Shown piece by piece: positions 59,055-64,000 of a stretch of DNA of 64,000 bases. Origin of the DNA: Candidatus Poribacteria bacterium. Its GTDB lineage: Bacteria; Poribacteria; WGA-4E; PCPOR2b. Position 1 is the first letter of the stretch; each line of letters begins with the position of its first letter. The notes under the pieces were generated by a model, which saw only the letters and a program-made list of their open reading frames with translations, was not told the DNA's origin and did no database searches. Location of the stretch: contig OZ242351.1 in the NCBI GenBank assembly GCA_965208675.1, positions 640,001 through 704,000 of the forward strand. The letters run 5' to 3'. A program made the position numbers and the translations under genes.

Positions 59055-60947
59055 ATGGGTAAATTCTACATCACAACACCAATTTACTACGTTAATGCGG
59101 AGCCGCATGTCGGTCATGCTTACACAAGTATCGCTGCCGATGCGCTAGCACGGTATCATAGCCTCAAAGGGGACGATGTGTTCTTTTTAACGGGTGTGGA
59201 TGAACACGGTGCAAACATTGAAAAAATCGCGGCTGAAAATGGGGTGTCGCCGCAGCAATATTGTGATCGGATAGCACCGACCTTCACAAACCTTTGGAAG
59301 AAGCTAAATATTTCATACGATATTTTTCTCAGGACCACCAGCGAATTGCACAAACGCGGCGTGGCGAAACTCCTCACTAGTCTTCATGAATCCGGAGATA
59401 TATATAAAGACAAGTATGAGGGATATTATTGCCGCCCGTGCGAAAGTTTCTACATGGACAAAGAACTCGGCGAAGAAAAGGCATGTCCCGTACACCAGTT
59501 GCCTGTGGAATGGGTTGAAGAAGAAAACTACTTTTTCGCGCTGTCGAAATACGAAAACCGGCTGCTGGATCATATTAACGCCAATCCGGAATTTATTCAA
59601 CCCGATAGCCGGCGTAATGAAATCCTTAGTGCAATTGAGTCTGGCTTGAAAGATGTTAGCATTTCACGGGCATCCGTATCGTGGGGCATTCCATTGCCAT
59701 TCGACCCTACTCACAATATCTATGTTTGGATTGAGGCGTTGTGCAACTATATCACAGCGCTCGATTATCATGAGACCGGCGAAAAATACCGCAAGTATTG
59801 GCCTGCCGATATACATCTAATGGGGAAAGAGATTACCCGCTTTCACGCTGTTATCTGGCCCGCAATGTTAATGTCTGTCAACCTACCGCTGCCCAAGCAG
59901 GTTTTCGGACACGGTTGGTTGACCAAGGACGGAAAACGGATCAGCAAAACAACAGGAAACATTATTGATATGGATGCGCTGATTGACGAGTTTGGGTTGG
60001 AAGCATTTCGATACTATATGATGCGTGAATTCAGTTTCGGCAACGACGGCGACTTTCGGCGCGATCGGTTTGTGTTGAGGTATAACGCCGATCTGGCTAA
60101 CGATCTTGGCAACTTGCTCAATCGCACACTAGGACTTGTCTCCAAGCATTTCGGCGTCATTCCCAAGCCTTCGACGCCCGGTGAATTCGACAGCGAAGTT
60201 AAACAGACAGCTAGGGAAACAGTAAAGGAGGTCGAATCCCTCATGAGCCGCCGTGCGTTTGATGCCGCGTTGGAAGCCATCTGGGAGTTTGTGCGCCGTG
60301 TTAACCGGTATGTGCAGCAGACGCAGGTTTGGACACTAGCGAAATCAGAGGAAGACAAAGGACGTATGGGAACTATCCTATATAATAGCTTGGAAGCCCT
60401 TAGAACGGTTGCCGTTCTGATTTCACCGTTTATGCCGGACACCGCAAATCGTATCCGCCAGCAGATGGGGCTCGACGAAAGTTCCAATGCTCAGGGATTA
60501 GATACAGTCGCGCAGTGGGGTGGATTACCGTCGGAGATACCAATTCGGAAACCACAGCCAATATTTCCACGAAAGGATTCGAAATCGTTGCAAAGCGAAA
60601 GTGCAGAAGGAACTGAAGACGCTAACCTTGTTTCGTTCAAAGATTTCCAGTCGTTGGACCTGCGTGTTGCGGAAGTTATTGCTGCAGAACCCGTTCCTAA
60701 CGCTGACCGGCTGCTAAAACTGCGAGTCAGTATCGGCGGCGGGGAGCGGCAAGTCGTCGCCGGCATCGCCGAACACTACACGCCGCAGGATCTAATCGGG
60801 AAGCTGGTGATACTTGTTGCAAACTTAGAACCCGCTACTATCCGCGGAATCAAATCTCAAGGGATGTTGCTTGCAGCCGCCGATGGAAATGACCTAGCAA
60901 TCGCGACGATTGAAAAGGCGCTGCCGCCGGGGACACGGGTAAGCTAA
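59055..60947 (+). CDS. metG: Methionine--tRNA ligase with C-terminal tRNA-binding domain
   Basis: YITTPIYYVN, HVGH, GVDEHG, CRPC...CPVH knuckle, KRISKT (KMSKS-like), LANDLGNL, C-terminal OB fold. Confidence 0.97.
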   Translation: MGKFYITTPIYYVNAEPHVGHAYTSIAADALARYHSLKGDDVFFLTGVDEHGANIEKIAAENGVSPQQYCDRIAPTFTNLWKKLNISYDIFLRTTSELHKRGVAKLLTSLHESGDIYKDKYEGYYCRPCESFYMDKELGEEKACPVHQLPVEWVEEENYFFALSKYENRLLDHINANPEFIQPDSRRNEILSAIESGLKDVSISRASVSWGIPLPFDPTHNIYVWIEALCNYITALDYHETGEKYRKYWPADIHLMGKEITRFHAVIWPAMLMSVNLPLPKQVFGHGWLTKDGKRISKTTGNIIDMDALIDEFGLEAFRYYMMREFSFGNDGDFRRDRFVLRYNADLANDLGNLLNRTLGLVSKHFGVIPKPSTPGEFDSEVKQTARETVKEVESLMSRRAFDAALEAIWEFVRRVNRYVQQTQVWTLAKSEEDKGRMGTILYNSLEALRTVAVLISPFMPDTANRIRQQMGLDESSNAQGLDTVAQWGGLPSEIPIRKPQPIFPRKDSKSLQSESAEGTEDANLVSFKDFQSLDLRVAEVIAAEPVPNADRLLKLRVSIGGGERQVVAGIAEHYTPQDLIGKLVILVANLEPATIRGIKSQGMLLAAADGNDLAIATIEKALPPGTRVS

Positions 60948-61035
60948 AACGCCGCGGCTCAAGCTTTTTTGCGAAGAGTACTGAGAGGTAAATGAGGCTC
61001 ACGCAGACCGTATATAGATTGGAAAACCATTAGGA

Positions 61036-61398
61036 TTATCCCTTTTCTCTCACCTGTGCATCGTATACCAAGAATTCGATAATCTTTTCCGCAGTTTTGG
61101 GGGTTAACCCTGAACCGGGTTTTCTCATCATTTTGAGGACATATTTCCGCCACTCTTCGCCGATGAATCTTGAGTTGATTGGACGAGCAAGCGTATGACA
61201 CCGGCTGCATTTCCGCGCGAACAGTTGGTAGTATTCCTGCATCTTTAAGGGATAGTCAGAAACTTCAATGAAATTCGGCCCGTTATCCGATGCGAAAGTC
61301 CTCGGATTTGTGTTCGACATATTCACAAAAACTACTGTGATTACCCCGATTAAACCCAAAATAATCAATACGGAGATCCAAACGACCGGTTCGCGCAT
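61036..61398 (-). CDS. Membrane-anchored mono-haem cytochrome c
   Basis: N-terminal TM, CSRCH, downstream KMM candidate axial Met. Confidence 0.75.
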   Translation of the reverse strand: MREPVVWISVLIILGLIGVITVVFVNMSNTNPRTFASDNGPNFIEVSDYPLKMQEYYQLFARKCSRCHTLARPINSRFIGEEWRKYVLKMMRKPGSGLTPKTAEKIIEFLVYDAQVREKG

Positions 61399-61616
61399 CA
61401 GGCTTTATCGCTCAATTAGTCATGCAAGGGTTGGGGTTTTTAGCTTCGCGCCCAATACTGTTGTTTGGGCTTGAATTGTGGCGGGTTATGGAAGGGAAAT
61501 TCTGAACTGATTTCTTGATGTCTACTACCTAGATCGTCACGTAGCAATAACCTCTAGCTACATTGAGGCCATTTCGTTCATTCCGCCGGCGCCGAATTCG
61601 CTGCGCTTGATAGGTC

Positions 61617-62423
61617 CTATATGGAAGTCGCATCTTGCCGCCCTGAGATTTCATGTAACTGACGATTTTCCAATTCTAACTGCCTGATTCGATCGTCCAT
61701 GGCACTTATGCGTGATTCTTGGTCTTGCAAGGTGTTCTTCATTGTCAGGAATTCTTGCTGCAGCTGCTCAACATAGGTTACCAAGTTAGCGACTATATCG
61801 CTGAGTTTTTGAGGAGTCTGATCGCTTGGGGTTTGTGAGGCGGGCTCAACGCTGTGAGCGGTCGATTTGGACACCTCAGCCTTCGCGTCGATAAGTAGTT
61901 GCCTCGTCCTACTTGCCGGTTTGGGTGCCGGCGTTATCGTTGAGCTTTCGTGTTGACGCGCAGGTGGACGGGTTGATGGGGAAAACAATTCGGACGAAGA
62001 TTGCGAGGTTAGGCTTTTGTTGGGGAAAACGCGAGGAAATACACCTTGTGATAGAATTTCATAAGCGCCGGACTGCAATTCCTTATCTTCAAAGTAGGTT
62101 ACACTCACTTTAATCTGTTGTTCAATCTGTAATTTAAGAAGCCGAGTCGTGATATTCCATATCACAGTGTCGTTGTTTCCCGTGGTTTGACCGCTTCTCC
62201 AACGGTTCAATTGACGGAGGTAACTTGTTATTACATGCGGATCGGCGACCTCCCTTACAATTGGTTCTGCCGCCAACACACCATCGCCTTTAGACATCGG
62301 TTCAACAATCGACATCGGGATATTCCCTGTATCGGACTGAATCTTGAATATCCATTTTGTTTCTGCCGCTCTCTTACAAGAAACGATAAATTGGTAACGA
62401 ATTGCCATCGCGTATATTTCCAA
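61617..62423 (-). CDS. Hypothetical protein with Ser/Pro-rich linker and C-terminal coiled coil
   Basis: 268-aa ORF following holA; heptad-rich C-terminus; start uncertain. Confidence 0.6.
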   Translation of the reverse strand: MEIYAMAIRYQFIVSCKRAAETKWIFKIQSDTGNIPMSIVEPMSKGDGVLAAEPIVREVADPHVITSYLRQLNRWRSGQTTGNNDTVIWNITTRLLKLQIEQQIKVSVTYFEDKELQSGAYEILSQGVFPRVFPNKSLTSQSSSELFSPSTRPPARQHESSTITPAPKPASRTRQLLIDAKAEVSKSTAHSVEPASQTPSDQTPQKLSDIVANLVTYVEQLQQEFLTMKNTLQDQESRISAMDDRIRQLELENRQLHEISGRQDATSI

Positions 62424-62560
62424 TTAAGTAAGACAGGGGACTACTAGTCAGATTCGACGCCAACAACCTCCGAGCCGCAGGACACCATCAAGTTGCAACA
62501 TTGTCTTTACCAAAGCAATGTAAATCTACGCTCGCACGATATTTTCGCCCGATTATTACG

Positions 62561-63964
62561 TTATCGTCTGACTGATGACTTTGCGCAAAGCTCATACACT
62601 AGTTGTTCGATAATTGATTCCGGCTCCAACTGGCTGCTTTTGAGGTGGATATCCGCATCGAGTACCTTTTCCATCGCTTTAGTTAACTCCTTAGTACCAA
62701 AGTACGGACTTGACTGAATCACTTTAAAAGCCGCATAAGGGTTTTGCTTGAAAAGGTTGAGTTGCGCGGATTGGGGCAGCAGATCTGCCAATTTCGCCGC
62801 TAACGCCTTGAAAACGGTATCCAAAAAACTTTGATAATTCAGCCGCACCACAGTTGACTTCAGATTTCCGTTCTCGATGAGTAATTTTGCCTGAAGCATG
62901 AGCCGTATTTGGCGGCCAATCAATGCGTTAACTTTGATTGGGGGTTCACCGCTATTCAATACACTGTGCAGGCTGGACAATGCTTGGCTAGTCGATTTCT
63001 TTCCAATCGCATCCATCAGGGCAAAGATACTATCGAAGCTGCTGTTGGTTACAAGGGTTTGGATATCCCTTTCGTCAATTTGTGATTTCTCTCCAACAAA
63101 TGCTATGAGTTTATCAAGTTCTTCAAAGACTAAACTCATGTCGTTGTCGGTGCGCTTTCGCAGGAGATTAAAGGCTCCGGAAGTTATCCTCTTCCCAAAC
63201 CCATCAAGTTTTCGCTTGACCTCTTGAAACAGTTTATCCTCTCTCAGAGATTGCCCCGATTCCAATAGTGTGAATGAAACATGCCTACCCACACGTTTTA
63301 TCGTTTTTACAAGCCGGCTCCGCCCATCAACGCTGCCGTTAAAAATAAATATGAGCACGCTAGATTTGGGCAATTCACCTTCAAGCCATTCAATCAACAA
63401 CTCAGCATCATTCGTGGCTTCCGTTATGACGTGCAAATCATCGATTTGCGAGGCGGCTTGGGGTAAACCCCGGAAGAATTCGAGGTCATACGGGCTCAAG
63501 CTATTCTTGTGTTGTTCAATGAAATGATTCATCGCGCTCTCGAATTCGCTGCTTCGAACCGCGATTTCCTGTGCTGATACCTCCAGCGCTTTGGCAATCA
63601 ACCCGATACCCTTAGGAGAATCCAAATCAAACGCTTCAATGGCCTTCCGTACCAAATCCAGTTGCGGCGGTGACTTTTGAGTGTTGAAAACGGTTGCTTC
63701 CCGCACGACAACGACACGCCAATCCGACATCACGGGATAGACGTCCACTGCGCTCAAAATGTCGCGGCCGGAGGCCTCTAGTCCATTGAGAAGAGTTAGG
63801 TTGAAATCGCGGGTCGTTGGTTCAAGGAGGCTTTCGAGCATGTGCTTGAGCGTATTCTCAATTAAAAAACTCTCTTCTCCGCATAGCAGATAAACCGGGT
63901 GAATCTTCCCTCCCTCAATTTCCTTTAGAATGTTTGGTGTTGAATTTTGTGACTGCTGTTTCAT
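62561..63964 (-). CDS. holA: DNA polymerase III subunit delta
   Basis: PVYLLCGEESFLI, FNLTLLNG, RVVVVREA, ELDKL, IFALMDAIG, ADIHLKSS. Confidence 0.9.
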   Translation of the reverse strand: MKQQSQNSTPNILKEIEGGKIHPVYLLCGEESFLIENTLKHMLESLLEPTTRDFNLTLLNGLEASGRDILSAVDVYPVMSDWRVVVVREATVFNTQKSPPQLDLVRKAIEAFDLDSPKGIGLIAKALEVSAQEIAVRSSEFESAMNHFIEQHKNSLSPYDLEFFRGLPQAASQIDDLHVITEATNDAELLIEWLEGELPKSSVLIFIFNGSVDGRSRLVKTIKRVGRHVSFTLLESGQSLREDKLFQEVKRKLDGFGKRITSGAFNLLRKRTDNDMSLVFEELDKLIAFVGEKSQIDERDIQTLVTNSSFDSIFALMDAIGKKSTSQALSSLHSVLNSGEPPIKVNALIGRQIRLMLQAKLLIENGNLKSTVVRLNYQSFLDTVFKALAAKLADLLPQSAQLNLFKQNPYAAFKVIQSSPYFGTKELTKAMEKVLDADIHLKSSQLEPESIIEQLVYELCAKSSVRR

Positions 63965-64000
63965 AAGATCATTAGCCCATGTTGGAAAATTTTGAGCGTA

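Overview
Bacterial chromosomal window. It most likely comes from Candidatus Poribacteria or a relative, inferred from LamG proteins ending in an AVxPxGKLxxxWxxIK-type tail, several PhyH dioxygenases and DUF4159/DUF6785-type proteins. Housekeeping and metabolic genes (fumC, moeA, ubiE/menG, coaE, metG, holA) flank two accessory blocks. The first is a ~14.5 kb defence island (17118-31662). In it a Type I R-M locus is split and reordered (hsdS-hsdR ... hsdM) and interleaved with a STAND NTPase carrying an N-terminal nuclease-like domain, a translationally coupled ABC-ATPase(DUF3696)+PIN pair, and an inverted cassette of a pore-loop ion channel plus a GIY-YIG protein. The second is a catabolic block (33261-44121). 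Intergenic DNA is rich in GTAG/CTAC-ended REP-like palindromes that form modular, circularly permuted mosaics, and in short elements sharing TAGGACTTACGCA terminal inverted repeats but carrying different cargo. Two promoter-to-terminator units without an ORF are candidate sRNAs (9785-9872 on minus, 32531-32684 on plus). No rRNA, tRNA, CRISPR array or transposase gene was recognised. All calls come from reading motifs by eye; no searches were run.
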